A DNA stretch of 10,096 nt from a virus (lineage: Duplodnaviria; Heunggongvirae; Uroviricota; Caudoviricetes), in the IMG/VR virus record IMGVR_UViG_2734482585_000006; one strand, 5' to 3'. The translations under genes were made by a program, and so were the position numbers. Every line of letters begins with the position of its first letter. The first letter of the stretch is position 1. The notes under the pieces are model-generated. The model had not been told where the DNA came from. It did not search any database and was given only the letters and a program-made list of their open reading frames with translations. This document shows positions 1-7,661 of the stretch, piece after piece.

Positions 1-18
1 CTCTCGTCTGGGGAATAT

Positions 19-107
19 CTCCCCGGCAGCCTTCAGGGAAAAATATCATCAGATGGCTGCTTAAAAAAAGAACAAATGGTAGTGTCCGCTATTGCCAGTA
101 CACCTCA
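19..107. repeat. Left arm of perfect 89-bp terminal inverted repeat (partner 10008-10096)
   Basis: Base-by-base comparison: 19-107 is the exact reverse complement of 10008-10096. Identity breaks at 108 (t) vs 10007 (c). The right arm ends at the last base of the window, so the repeat may extend further. Confidence 0.9.
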
Positions 108-306
108 TCCATCACCGAAAAAAATTGGCTTTTACACCATTGGCGATAAAAGCATTTACCTGTATGACCTACGCCGCATGGATGAAATCATGGAGGCTCT
201 TGATAATCGTTCGTCGATGGATTGGTGTGTTGCTGTTCATGATATGAATGCAGGGTTTGATGAAAAGATTTTGTTCCCCTCATCAGTTGAAAGCACTGCG
301 GGTTAA
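76..306 (+). CDS. Hypothetical protein; start uncertain, frame is open back to position 1
   Basis: 76-aa ORF ending TAA 304-306, immediately followed by a strong RBS for the next gene. The ATG at 76 lies inside the terminal inverted repeat and the same frame has no stop back to position 1, so this may be the 3' part of a longer gene or a chimeric frame created at the repeat junction. Confidence 0.3.
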   Translation: MVVSAIASTPHPSPKKIGFYTIGDKSIYLYDLRRMDEIMEALDNRSSMDWCVAVHDMNAGFDEKILFPSSVESTAG

Positions 307-316
307 GGAGTAACAC

Positions 317-484
317 ATGACCACTATTACCAAAGAACGTATTGAATTGTTCATTAAAAACCCGCTTGAAAACGGGCTTACCCGTGGTGAACAAATGGAA
401 CTGGCACGGATTGCGCTGGCATCGCTGGAAGCAGAGCCGGTTGTGTTCTGGTTTGAAAAATATCAAGAAGGGGCTACGGCATGA
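317..484 (+). CDS. Hypothetical small phage protein (55 aa)
   Basis: ATG at 317 preceded by consensus SD AAGGAG (305-310) at 6-nt spacing; stop TGA 482-484 overlaps the ATG of the next ORF (ATGA). Not in the ORF track (below length cut-off). Contains the motif [10 protein letters not shown], shared with the next ORF. Confidence 0.5.
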   Translation: MTTITKERIELFIKNPLENGLTRGEQMELARIALASLEAEPVVFWFEKYQEGATA

Positions 485-825
485 CGACTTTTACCAGAGA
501 GCAGTTAATAGCTCACGCAGAGGAGACTATTGAAGCACAGAGACTGTGCATACCGGGCACAATCGACCATGACATCATCCGCACATATAAGATGGATATT
601 GCTGTTCTGGAAATCGCACTGGTATCGCTGGCAGCAGAGCCAGCCGGTAAATTGCATGAATACAAACCAGTGGGATATCAGCGTCTGGTCGATGAGTTAA
701 CCATGCTGGTAAAGCAGTTAACCTGGCAACTGAGGAAAGCGAAGCCAGACTGCAAATTACCGGATAAGGCGATGAGTTATCTGGAGCGGAACGGACTGAT
801 AAGCGTGGAGGATATTTTACGATGA
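481..825 (+). CDS. Hypothetical phage protein (114 aa)
   Basis: ORF coupled to the upstream gene (ATGA overlap at 481-484) and to a downstream mini-ORF (ATGA at 822-825). N-terminus MTTFTREQL resembles the N-terminus of ORF 6009-6251 (MTFTPEQL); internal motif [10 protein letters not shown] echoes the 55-aa ORF. Confidence 0.55.
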   Translation: MTTFTREQLIAHAEETIEAQRLCIPGTIDHDIIRTYKMDIAVLEIALVSLAAEPAGKLHEYKPVGYQRLVDELTMLVKQLTWQLRKAKPDCKLPDKAMSYLERNGLISVEDILR

Positions 826-905
826 CCTGGCCTGAAGCATTAACAACGGTAGGAATTGCGATGGCGGTGGCGCTGGTGGTGTATTCGATTTGCCGCTGGG
901 GATAA
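822..905 (+). CDS. Possible small hydrophobic peptide (27 aa)
   Basis: ATG 822 overlaps the stop of the upstream gene; translation [27 protein letters not shown] has a single hydrophobic stretch. Short, so a chance ORF is possible. Confidence 0.3.
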   Translation: MTWPEALTTVGIAMAVALVVYSICRWG

Positions 906-1116
906 AAACGGTTTGCGGGAAAAGGAGAGTTAAGTAGAATTGCAGCGGGTGCTTGAGGCTATCTGTCTCAGGCATGAACACCAAAAGGCAGATAGAGAAA
1001 AGCCCCAGTTAACATTACGCGTCCGGCAAGACGCTTAACATTAATCTGAGGCTCAATCTATGAACGGCAAATCTAGGTTAGCCTCTTACGTGCCGAAAGG
1101 CAAGGAGAAGCAGGCT

Positions 1117-1272
1117 ATGAAGCAGCAAAAGGCGATGTTAATCGCCCTGATCGTCATCTGTTTAACCGTCATAGTGACGGCACTGGTAACGAGGAAAGAC
1201 CTCTGCGAGGTACGAATTCGAACCGGCCAGACGGAGGTCGCTGTCTTCACAGCTTACGAACCTGAGGAGTAA
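1117..1272 (+). CDS. hok: Hok/Gef family type I toxin (small membrane-depolarising peptide)
   Basis: Translation MKQQKAMLIALIVICLTVIVTALVTRKDLCEVRIRTGQTEVAVFTAYEPEE has the Hok-family pattern (N-terminal TM helix, two conserved Cys, EVA-x-F-x-AYE tail) and closely resembles chromosomal HokD/RelF as I recall it. AGGAG at 1103-1107 precedes the ATG. An in-frame upstream ATG at 1060 would give a 70-aa form. Confidence 0.85.
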   Translation: MKQQKAMLIALIVICLTVIVTALVTRKDLCEVRIRTGQTEVAVFTAYEPEE

Positions 1273-1340
1273 GAGACCAGGCGGGGGAGAAATCCCTCGC
1301 CACCTCTGATGGGGCAGGCATCCTCAATGCACCCACACTT

Positions 1341-1368
1341 AACCCGCTTCGGCGGGTTTTTGTTTTTA
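1341..1368 (+). terminator. Rho-independent terminator downstream of hok
   Basis: Stem cccgc (1343-1347) / gcggg (1352-1356) with ttcg loop, followed by tttttgttttt. Confidence 0.6.
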
Positions 1369-1492
1369 TTTTCAACGCGTTTGAAGTTTTAGATGGTGCC
1401 GGAATAGAATCAAAAATACTTAAGTAGCGCGCAGGGAGAAGAGGGATGGACCCCGAACAGGGGAGTGCTATTTATCTGGAAGGATTCTGTTG

Positions 1493-1774
1493 ATGAAAAT
1501 CGAAGAATTACGTGAAATTTTTAGTGAAGATGGCCTCTATACTGTGCGCGTTGAGAATGGCGCTATTGTCAGCCACTGCCTTCCAGACTACACAATTCTG
1601 ATAATTCAGCCGTCTTTGCCAGCAGGCACGGGCGGCGCTCTCACGCATTTAAATCTGATTGGTACCAGCATCCCCCATGCACTGAAGAACAGGCCGAATG
1701 GCTCATTCAGTGTTACCGCAGGCGCGGATGCGAGGTTAAAAAAGCCCTTAGCCTCGACTACCGTCACTGGATAA
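1493..1774 (+). CDS. Hypothetical protein (93 aa); sits where rem lies in the K-12 Qin prophage, by recalled gene order only
   Basis: ATG at 1493 with GGAAGGA about 8 nt upstream (the track starts at TTG 1490). No recognisable motif. Confidence 0.4.
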   Translation: MKIEELREIFSEDGLYTVRVENGAIVSHCLPDYTILIIQPSLPAGTGGALTHLNLIGTSIPHALKNRPNGSFSVTAGADARLKKPLASTTVTG

Positions 1775-1849
1775 TCTCCGTCAGGCTCCCTTACTCCGAA
1801 CGGCCAACGCGTCCGTCCCGCACATTCCAGCAACGGATCTGGAGGTAAT

Positions 1850-2908
1850 GTGCGGGTATTACTTCGACCTGTTCTGGTACCGGAACTCGGTCTGGTTATC
1901 GTTAAGCCAGGCCGTGAATCAATGTCAGCATTCCATAACGGCAGAATACTGGTGGAGCCGGAACCAAAAAGCATGCGTAATCTGCCGTCCGGGGTCGTTC
2001 CTGCCGCTCGCCAGCCGCTGGTGGAAGACAAAACATTGCTGCCGTTTTTCAGTAACGCACGGGTGATTCGTGCTGCTGGTGGTGCTGGTGCATTGTCTGA
2101 CTGGCTGTTGCGCCATATTAAATCCTGCCAGTGGCCACACGGCGATTATCATCACAGCGAAACCGTCATTCACCGTTATGGTACCGGCGCAATGGTGTTG
2201 TGCTGGCACTGCGACAACCAGCTGCGTGACCAGACATCCGAATCACTCGAGCAACTTGCTCATCAAAACCTGTCAGCATGGATGATTGACGTCATCGGTC
2301 ACGCAATAAGCGGTACGCAGGAGCGTGAATTATCTCTGGCTGAATTATCCTGGTGGGCGGTCCGCAATCAGGTGGCGGACGCGCTACCGGAAGCGGTATT
2401 ACGTCGTTCGCTGGGGTTGCGTGCGGAAAAAATTCGCTCTGTGTACAGTGAAAGCGACATCATACCGGGAGAGCAGACAGCCACCAGCATACTGAAGCAG
2501 CGCACAAAAAATATTGCGTTACTGCCTCACGTCCACCAGCAACAGAACCCACCACAGGAAAAGACGGTGGTCAGCATTGCCGTTGATCCGGAGTCACCGG
2601 CTCAGTATCTCCAGCGCCAGAAATCACAACGGGAAGAGATGCCTGTATACACGCGCTGGGTAAAAACGCAGAAATGCATGACGTGTGGCAATCAGGCAGA
2701 TGATCCGCATCACATCATTGGTCATGGACTGGGAGGGATGGGAACAAAGGCTGATGATTTGTTTGTTATTCCGTTATGCCGTAAATGCCGTAACGAACTA
2801 CATGCCGGAGTAAAAGATTTTGAAGAGAAACACGGCAGTCAGCTGTTGTTGCTGATTCGTTTTTTAATGCACGCGAGAAATTCGGGTGTTCTGAAGTGGA
2901 AAGCATAA
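1850..2908 (+). CDS. DUF968-like prophage protein (YdfU-like) with C-terminal HNH/zinc-finger-like Cys-His motif
   Basis: 352-aa ORF; GTG 1850 is 4 nt after GGAGG (1841-1845); alternative ATG at 1922. C-terminal CMTCGNQADDPHHIIGH...CRKCRNELH is a CxxC...HH...CxxC...H pattern. Stop TAA 2906-2908 abuts the rusA ATG at 2909. Family call is from memory. Confidence 0.7.
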   Translation: MRVLLRPVLVPELGLVIVKPGRESMSAFHNGRILVEPEPKSMRNLPSGVVPAARQPLVEDKTLLPFFSNARVIRAAGGAGALSDWLLRHIKSCQWPHGDYHHSETVIHRYGTGAMVLCWHCDNQLRDQTSESLEQLAHQNLSAWMIDVIGHAISGTQERELSLAELSWWAVRNQVADALPEAVLRRSLGLRAEKIRSVYSESDIIPGEQTATSILKQRTKNIALLPHVHQQQNPPQEKTVVSIAVDPESPAQYLQRQKSQREEMPVYTRWVKTQKCMTCGNQADDPHHIIGHGLGGMGTKADDLFVIPLCRKCRNELHAGVKDFEEKHGSQLLLLIRFLMHARNSGVLKWKA

Positions 2909-3289
2909 ATGACCGAGCGCATAGAATTTGTTTTACCTTACCCGCCGACGGTGAACACTTACTGGCGTCGTCGTGGCAGCACATATTTTGTATCAAAAGC
3001 CGGGGAGCGTTATCGCCGGGCAGTGGCGCTTATTGTTCGCCAGCAGCGGCTGAAATTAAGCCTGTCCGGAAGGTTGGCAATAAAAATTATTGCAGAACCA
3101 CCGGATAAGCGCCGCCGTGACCTGGACAATATTCTGAAAGCGCCGCTGGATGCGCTGACGCATGCGGGGTTGCTAATGGACGATGAGCAGTTTGATGAAA
3201 TCAATATCGTTCGTGCTCAGCCAGTATCTGGTGGACGTCTGGGGGTGAAGATTTATCCCATAATGCTTGAAGGGCAGGTCAAAAAATGA
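2909..3289 (+). CDS. rusA: Crossover junction endodeoxyribonuclease RusA (Holliday junction resolvase), copy 1
   Basis: 126-aa protein with RusA-family motifs (YPPTVNTYW, PDKRRRDLDN, GGRL); stop overlaps the Q start (ATGA at 3286-3289). Confidence 0.9.
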   Translation: MTERIEFVLPYPPTVNTYWRRRGSTYFVSKAGERYRRAVALIVRQQRLKLSLSGRLAIKIIAEPPDKRRRDLDNILKAPLDALTHAGLLMDDEQFDEINIVRAQPVSGGRLGVKIYPIMLEGQVKK

Positions 3290-3976
3290 AACTGGAAGAT
3301 TTACCGAAATACTACTCCCCAAAATCCCCCGGCCTGACTGATGCATCGGCCTCAACGTCGAAAGATGCGCTGAGTATCACTGATGTGATGGCCGCGCAGG
3401 GCATGACACAGAATCGGGCTGAGATGGGGGTTTCTGCGTTCCTTGGGAAAATGGGCATTAGTATGAATGACAGAGAGCGGGCAACAGAATTGCTGACAGA
3501 ATATGCACTCAGTCGGTGTGATCGCGTGGCGGCGTTAAGAAAACTCCCGGCAGAAATAAAACCGGCAGTGATGCGTATTATGGCTTCGTATGCGTTTGAA
3601 GATTATGCCCGTAGCGCGGCGAGCAAAAAACAGTGCNNNNNNNNNNNNNNNNNNNNNNNNNNNNNNNNNNNNNNNNNNNNNNNNNNNNNNNNNNNNNNNN
3701 NNNNNNNNNNNNNNNNNNNNNNNNNNNNNNNNNNNNNNNNNNNNNNNNNNNNNNNNNNNNNNNNNNNNNNNNNNNNNNNNNNNNNNNNNNNNNNNNNNNN
3801 NNNNNNNNNNNNNNNNNNNNNNNNNNNNNNNNNNNNNNNNNNNNNNNNNNNNNNNNNNNNNNNNNNNNNNNNNNNNNNNNNNNNNNNNNNNNNNNNNNNN
3901 NNNNNNNNNNNNNNNNNNNNNNNNNNNNNNNNNNNNNNNNNNNNNNNNNNNNNNNNNNNNNNNNNNNNNNNNNNNN
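3286..3976 (+). CDS. Late-gene antitermination protein Q, copy 1 (3' part N-masked; true stop unknown)
   Basis: The first 117 aa before the mask are about 95% identical to the full-length copy at 6622-7476. Sequence after the mask (3977 onward) matches the sequence just downstream of the copy-2 stop, so the stop is probably inside the mask. The mask is 340 nt where copy 2 has about 507 nt, so the two copies differ in length. Confidence 0.7.
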
Positions 3977-4012
3977 TGGGCGTTTTATGCCTGACGTTAG
4001 AAGAGTTTCTAC

Positions 4013-4037
4013 AACCCGCCGCCGAGCGGGTTTTTTA
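4013..4037 (+). terminator. tR'-like Rho-independent terminator downstream of Q copy 1
   Basis: cccgc (4015-4019) / gcggg (4026-4030) stem followed by tttttt (4031-4036); same sequence as the terminator after Q copy 2. Confidence 0.65.
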
Positions 4038-4156
4038 TGACTGAAATCGCGTCAGTACAGTAAACGCGCTGGTGGCGGTGAATACCTGTCTTTCAGCTTG
4101 CTGGCTTTTTCGACAAGAGTTATTGGTGTGTCACGTTAACCGGAAAAGGAAAAGAC

Positions 4157-4354
4157 ATGCTAAAACAGCAGGATATGACAGAAACCGCCAGAGTGGTGTT
4201 TAATGAATTAAGCGTTACCGAACCGGCGACAGTCGGGGAGATAGCGCAGAATACTTACCTTTCACGCGAACGCTGCCAGTTAATACTGACCCAGCTGGTT
4301 ATGGCGGGTCTGGCAGACTATCAGTTCGGTTGTTACAGACGCCTTCCGCAGTGA
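4157..4354 (+). CDS. Small winged-helix DNA-binding protein, PapI/FaeA-like (65 aa)
   Basis: AAGGA (4146-4150) 6 nt before the ATG. The segment ATVGEIAQNTYLSRERCQLILTQLVMAGL resembles the recognition-helix region of PapI/FaeA-family regulators (compare PapI [28 protein letters not shown], from memory). The stop lies inside a terminator hairpin. Confidence 0.5.
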   Translation: MLKQQDMTETARVVFNELSVTEPATVGEIAQNTYLSRERCQLILTQLVMAGLADYQFGCYRRLPQ

Positions 4355-4366
4355 AGGCTTTTTTAT
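4341..4366 (+). terminator. Rho-independent terminator after the small winged-helix gene
   Basis: Perfect 6-bp stem gccttc (4341-4346) / gaaggc (4353-4358) followed by ttttttat. Confidence 0.6.
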
Positions 4367-4381
4367 TTGTGGTAAATGGGC

Positions 4382-4412
4382 GGCTGGTGGGTGTTAGGGG
4401 CACCCACCAGCC
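4382..4412. repeat. Perfect 12-bp-stem hairpin / palindrome
   Basis: ggctggtgggtg (4382-4393), 7-nt loop, cacccaccagcc (4401-4412); no U-tract follows, so not an obvious terminator. Lies about 90 nt upstream of the methyltransferase gene. Confidence 0.5.
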
Positions 4413-4504
4413 ATCTGCTCATGCGTTGGGTTCACAAGCAAACCTCAGGCCCACTGCTTTGCGCAAAAGCAGAATGAGCCTATCAGAGACAGGCTTAATG
4501 ATCC

Positions 4505-5563
4505 ATGCTTAATACTGTAAAAATATCCAGTTGTGAGTTAATCAACGCCGACTGCCTGGAATTTATCCGGTCGTTACCCGAAAATTCTGTTGACCTGATA
4601 GTCACGGACCCGCCGTACTTTAAAGTGAAGCCTGAGGGCTGGGATAACCAGTGGAAGGGCGACGATGATTACCTGAAGTGGCTGGACCAGTGTCTGGCGC
4701 AGTTCTGGCGGGTGCTGAAACCTGCCGGAAGTCTTTACCTGTTCTGTGGTCATCGCCTGGCATCTGATATCGAAATCATGATGCGTGAACGCTTCAGTGT
4801 GCTGAACCATATTATCTGGGCGAAGCCGTCCGGACGCTGGAACGGATGCAACAAGGAAAGCCTGCGGGCGTATTTCCCCGCCACAGAGCGCATTCTGTTC
4901 GCGGAACATTATCAGGGGCCGTATCGTCCGAAAGATGCCGGGTATGCGGCGAAGGGCAGTGCACTGAAACAGCATGTGATGGCCCCGCTGATTTCTTACT
5001 TTCGTGATGCGCGAGCTGCCCTGGGGATAACGGCAAAACAGATTGCAGATGCCACAGGAAAGAAAAACATGGTGTCGCACTGGTTCAGTGCCGGTCAGTG
5101 GCAGTTGCCGAATGAAAGCGATTATCTGAAATTACAGGCGCTGTTTGCCCGGGTGGCAGAAGAGAAGCATCGGCGTGGTGAACTGGAAAAGCTCCACCAC
5201 CAGCTGGTGGATACGTATACCTCACTGAACCGGCAGTATGCGGAGCTGCTGAGTGAATATAAACATCTGCGGCGGTATTTTGGCGTGACGGTGCAGGTGC
5301 CGTATACCGATGTGTGGACGCATAAACCGGTGCAGTTCTATCCCGGGAAACATCCGTGCGAAAAACCGGCAGAAATGCTGCAGCAGATAATCAGCGCTAG
5401 CAGTCGTCCGGGTGACCTGATTGCAGATTTTTTCATGGGGTTGGGTTCGACAGTGAAAGCGGCACTGGCGCTCGGGCGTCGTGCAATTGGCGTTGAGCTG
5501 GAGACTGAACGTTTTGAGCAGACGGTTCGGGAAGTACAGGATTTAGTCAGCCAGAACGGATGA
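4505..5563 (+). CDS. Orphan DNA N6-adenine methyltransferase (beta-class, motif IV before motif I)
   Basis: 352-aa ORF with catalytic DPPY early (LIVTDPPYF) and the AdoMet-binding FxGxG near the C-terminus (DFFMGLGST); this order defines beta-class amino-MTases. No restriction endonuclease partner is visible. Weak RBS. Confidence 0.85.
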   Translation: MLNTVKISSCELINADCLEFIRSLPENSVDLIVTDPPYFKVKPEGWDNQWKGDDDYLKWLDQCLAQFWRVLKPAGSLYLFCGHRLASDIEIMMRERFSVLNHIIWAKPSGRWNGCNKESLRAYFPATERILFAEHYQGPYRPKDAGYAAKGSALKQHVMAPLISYFRDARAALGITAKQIADATGKKNMVSHWFSAGQWQLPNESDYLKLQALFARVAEEKHRRGELEKLHHQLVDTYTSLNRQYAELLSEYKHLRRYFGVTVQVPYTDVWTHKPVQFYPGKHPCEKPAEMLQQIISASSRPGDLIADFFMGLGSTVKAALALGRRAIGVELETERFEQTVREVQDLVSQNG

Positions 5564-5603
5564 TATTGAAGAATTAATTACGCGTCGTTATTATGCGGCT
5601 CCC

Positions 5604-5679
5604 GGCCCTTTAGCTCAGTGGTGAGAGCGAGCGACTCATAATCGCCAGGTCGCTGGTTCAAATCCAGCAAGGGCCACCA
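5604..5679 (+). tRNA. tRNA with CAU anticodon (ileZ-like tRNA-Ile2 or tRNA-Met), copy 1
   Basis: Hand-folded cloverleaf: acceptor ggccctt/aagggcc, D-arm gctc/gagc, anticodon loop cuCAUaa, T-loop ttcaaat, discriminator A, CCA encoded. The phage context suggests ileZ as in Stx phages. Confidence 0.85.
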
Positions 5680-5686
5680 TCACATA

Positions 5687-5724
5687 CCGCCATTAGCTCA
5701 TCAGGAAAGAGCGCCAGCCTTCGA
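5687..5724 (+). tRNA. 5' part of a second tRNA (anticodon loop cuUCGa, possible tRNA-Arg), truncated by the N mask
   Basis: ccgccat acceptor strand, U8, D-arm gctc/gagc, anticodon stem ccagc, loop cttcga, then N. The 3' half cannot be seen. Confidence 0.35.
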
Positions 5725-6008
5725 NNNNNNNNNNNNNNNNNNNNNNNNNNNNNNNNNNNNNNNNNNNNNNNNNNNNNNNNNNNNNNNNNNNNNNNNNNNN
5801 NNNNNNNNNNNNNNNNNNNNNNNNNNNNNNNNNNNNNNNNNNNNNNNNNNNNNNNNNNNNNNNNNNNNNNNNNNNNNNNNNNNNNNNNNNNNNNNNNNNN
5901 NNNNNNNNNNNNNNNNNNNNNNNNNNNNNNNNNNNNNNNNNNNNNNNNNNNNNNNNNNNNNNNNNNNNNNNNNNNNNNNNNNNNNNNNNNNNNNTGAACA
6001 ACCAGACA

Positions 6009-6251
6009 ATGACTTTTACCCCTGAACAATTGCGTAAACACGCGCAGGAAATGCTGCGTCATGCTGAACAACTCGAAAAAACGGGCATAACAAAAGACGC
6101 TATCCGTAAAGATATGGTACCCGCGCTTCGGGAACTGATGCAGGCGAAGCATCGCGCACAGAAAGCAGTAGATGAGCTGGTGGACTGTGTGGCAGAGCTG
6201 GAAACCAGAGTCGGAAAGTTTGAAAAACTGGTGCAGGAGGTGCTGCGCTGA
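6009..6251 (+). CDS. Hypothetical small helical protein (80 aa)
   Basis: ORF MTFTPEQLRKHAQEMLRHAEQLEK...; stop TGA 6249-6251 overlaps the rusA copy-2 ATG by one base (TGATG). No SD, and the frame is open upstream into the N mask. N-terminus is paralogous to ORF 481-825. Confidence 0.5.
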   Translation: MTFTPEQLRKHAQEMLRHAEQLEKTGITKDAIRKDMVPALRELMQAKHRAQKAVDELVDCVAELETRVGKFEKLVQEVLR

Positions 6252-6625
6252 TGCGCCATGAGTTTATTTTACCTTATCCGCCGACGGTGAATACTTACTG
6301 GCGACGTCGTGACAACACATATTTTGTATCAAAAGCCGGTGAGCGTTATCGCCGGGATGTGGCGCTTATTGTCCGTCAGCAGCGACTGAAATTAAGCCTG
6401 TCCGGAAGACTGGCGATAAAGATTATTGCAGAGCCACCGGATAAGCGCCGTCGTGACCTGGACAATATCCTGAAAGCACCACTGGATGCACTGACACATG
6501 CGGGAGTGTTAATGGACGATGAGCAGTTTGATGAAATCAATATCGTTCGTGGTCAGCCAGTATCTGGTGGACGTCTGGGGGTGAAGATTTACCCCATAAT
6601 GCATGAAGAGCAGGTCAAAAAATGA
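6251..6625 (+). CDS. rusA: Crossover junction endodeoxyribonuclease RusA, copy 2
   Basis: 124-aa protein about 93% identical to copy 1 with the same RusA motifs; ATGA overlap with Q copy 2 at 6622-6625. Confidence 0.9.
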   Translation: MRHEFILPYPPTVNTYWRRRDNTYFVSKAGERYRRDVALIVRQQRLKLSLSGRLAIKIIAEPPDKRRRDLDNILKAPLDALTHAGVLMDDEQFDEINIVRGQPVSGGRLGVKIYPIMHEEQVKK

Positions 6626-7476
6626 AACTGGAAGATTTACCGAAATACTACTCCCCAAAATCCCCTTGCCTGACCGATGCATCGGCCTCAACGTCAAAAG
6701 ATGCGCTGAGTATCACTGATGTGATGGCCGCGCAGGGCATGACACAGAATCGGGCTGAGATGGGGTTTTCTGCGTTCCTGGGGAAAATGGGCATCAGTAT
6801 GAATGACAGGGCGCGGGCAACAGAATTACTGGCAGATTATGCACTCAGTCGGTGCGATCGTGTGGCGGCGTTGAGAAAACTTCCGGCAGAAATAAAACCG
6901 GTAGTGATGCGCATTATGGCTTCGTACGCTTTTGAGGATTATGCCCGCAGCGCAGCGAGTAAAAAGCAGTGCCCTTGTTGCTATGGGGAAAAATTTATTG
7001 AAAGCGTAGTTTTTACAAACAAGGTCCAGTATCCGGATGGTAAGCCGCCGGTATGGGCAAAGTGTACGAAAGGTGTGTATCCGTCTTACTGGGAAGAATG
7101 GAAAAAAGTCAGGGAGGTGGTAAAAGTTGCCTGTCCGGAGTGTGGCGGAAAGGGTGAGGTTTCCACCGCCTGTAAGGATTGCCGTGGGCGTGGTGTCGCC
7201 ATTCATCGTGAAGAGTCGGTAAAACGTGGTATGCCTGTTATCAGAGACTGCCAGCGTTGTGGTGGTCGTGGCTATGAAAGACTACCATCAACGGAGGCAT
7301 TTAATGCTATATGCGAGGTGACAAACCAGATAACACGCGCGTCATGGGAAAAAACAGTTAAGAAATTCTATGATGCGCTGGTGACTCGGTTTGATATTGA
7401 AGAAGCATGGGCTGAGCGGCAGTTAAAAAAGGTAACTAGGTTGATTTTTCCGGAATCTGTGGTAAATTCGTCATAA
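6622..7476 (+). CDS. Late-gene antitermination protein Q, copy 2 (full length, 284 aa)
   Basis: Position immediately after rusA and before a promoter-proximal terminator and tRNAs is the canonical Q slot in lambdoid phages. Carries CPCC plus three CxxCxGxG motifs (CPECGGKG, CKDCRGRG, CQRCGGRG). Family assignment is by position and recollection, not a search. Confidence 0.75.
   Translation: MKLEDLPKYYSPKSPCLTDASASTSKDALSITDVMAAQGMTQNRAEMGFSAFLGKMGISMNDRARATELLADYALSRCDRVAALRKLPAEIKPVVMRIMASYAFEDYARSAASKKQCPCCYGEKFIESVVFTNKVQYPDGKPPVWAKCTKGVYPSYWEEWKKVREVVKVACPECGGKGEVSTACKDCRGRGVAIHREESVKRGMPVIRDCQRCGGRGYERLPSTEAFNAICEVTNQITRASWEKTVKKFYDALVTRFDIEEAWAERQLKKVTRLIFPESVVNSS
7441..7468 (+). promoter_or_regulatory. 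Candidate late promoter (pR'-like) at the 3' end of Q
   Basis: TTGATT (7441-7446), 16-nt spacer, TAAATT (7463-7468); a start near 7475 would give a roughly 60-nt transcript ending at the terminator at 7516-7540, analogous to lambda 6S RNA and the qut region. Match by eye only. Confidence 0.3.
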
Positions 7477-7515
7477 CTATGGGCGTTTTATGCCTGACGT
7501 TAGAAGAGTTTCTAC

Positions 7516-7540
7516 AACCCGCCGCCGAGCGGGTTTTTTA
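7516..7540 (+). terminator. tR'-like Rho-independent terminator downstream of Q copy 2
   Basis: cccgc (7518-7522) / gcggg (7529-7533) stem followed by tttttt (7534-7539). Confidence 0.65.
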
Positions 7541-7578
7541 TTGCGGAATTAATTACGGACCGTTATTATTCTGCTCCC

Positions 7579-7654
7579 GGCCCTTTAGCTCAGTGGTGAG
7601 AGCGAGCGACTCATAATCGCCAGGTCGCTGGTTCAAATCCAGCAAGGGCCACCA
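7579..7654 (+). tRNA. tRNA with CAU anticodon (ileZ-like tRNA-Ile2 or tRNA-Met), copy 2
   Basis: Identical 76-nt sequence to 5604-5679. Confidence 0.85.
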
Positions 7655-7661
7655 TCACAAA

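Noticed and set aside
188-533. ORFs 188-466 (-) and 342-533 (+)
   Set aside because: They overlap the better-supported 55-aa (317-484, consensus SD) and 114-aa coupled genes in other frames.
1606-2209. Minus-strand ORFs (1606-2031, 1925-2209) and + strand alternative frames (1848-2066, 2070-2285) overlapping the DUF968 gene
   Set aside because: They overlap the longer, motif-bearing + frame and have no RBS; Cys/Arg-rich translations are typical of spurious frames.
2766-3204. ORFs 2766-2996 (-), 2896-3108 (+) and 3010-3204 (-) overlapping DUF968 and rusA
   Set aside because: Alternative-frame or antisense overlaps of confidently called genes.
3173-3355. Minus-strand 60-aa ORF across the rusA/Q junction, with a near-identical counterpart at 6509-6697
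   Set aside because: It recurs only because the underlying rusA-Q DNA is duplicated; it is antisense to two strongly supported coupled genes.
4574-5080. Minus-strand ORFs of 168 aa and 74 aa (4812-5036) inside the methyltransferase gene
   Set aside because: Entirely antisense to a well-supported CDS with clear catalytic motifs; low-complexity Arg/Pro-rich translation typical of antisense frames in GC-rich coding DNA.
5658-6152. Minus-strand ORFs overlapping the tRNAs and N masks (5658-6152, 5693-6001, 5701-6009, 7633-7920)
   Set aside because: Their translated ends are the reverse complement of tRNA genes and most of their length is poly-X from N runs.
6059-7206. Minus-strand ORFs 6059-6259 and 6826-7206
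   Set aside because: Antisense to the 80-aa ORF and to Q copy 2; no RBS, with Ser/Thr-rich or Cys-poor translations unlike the sense frames.
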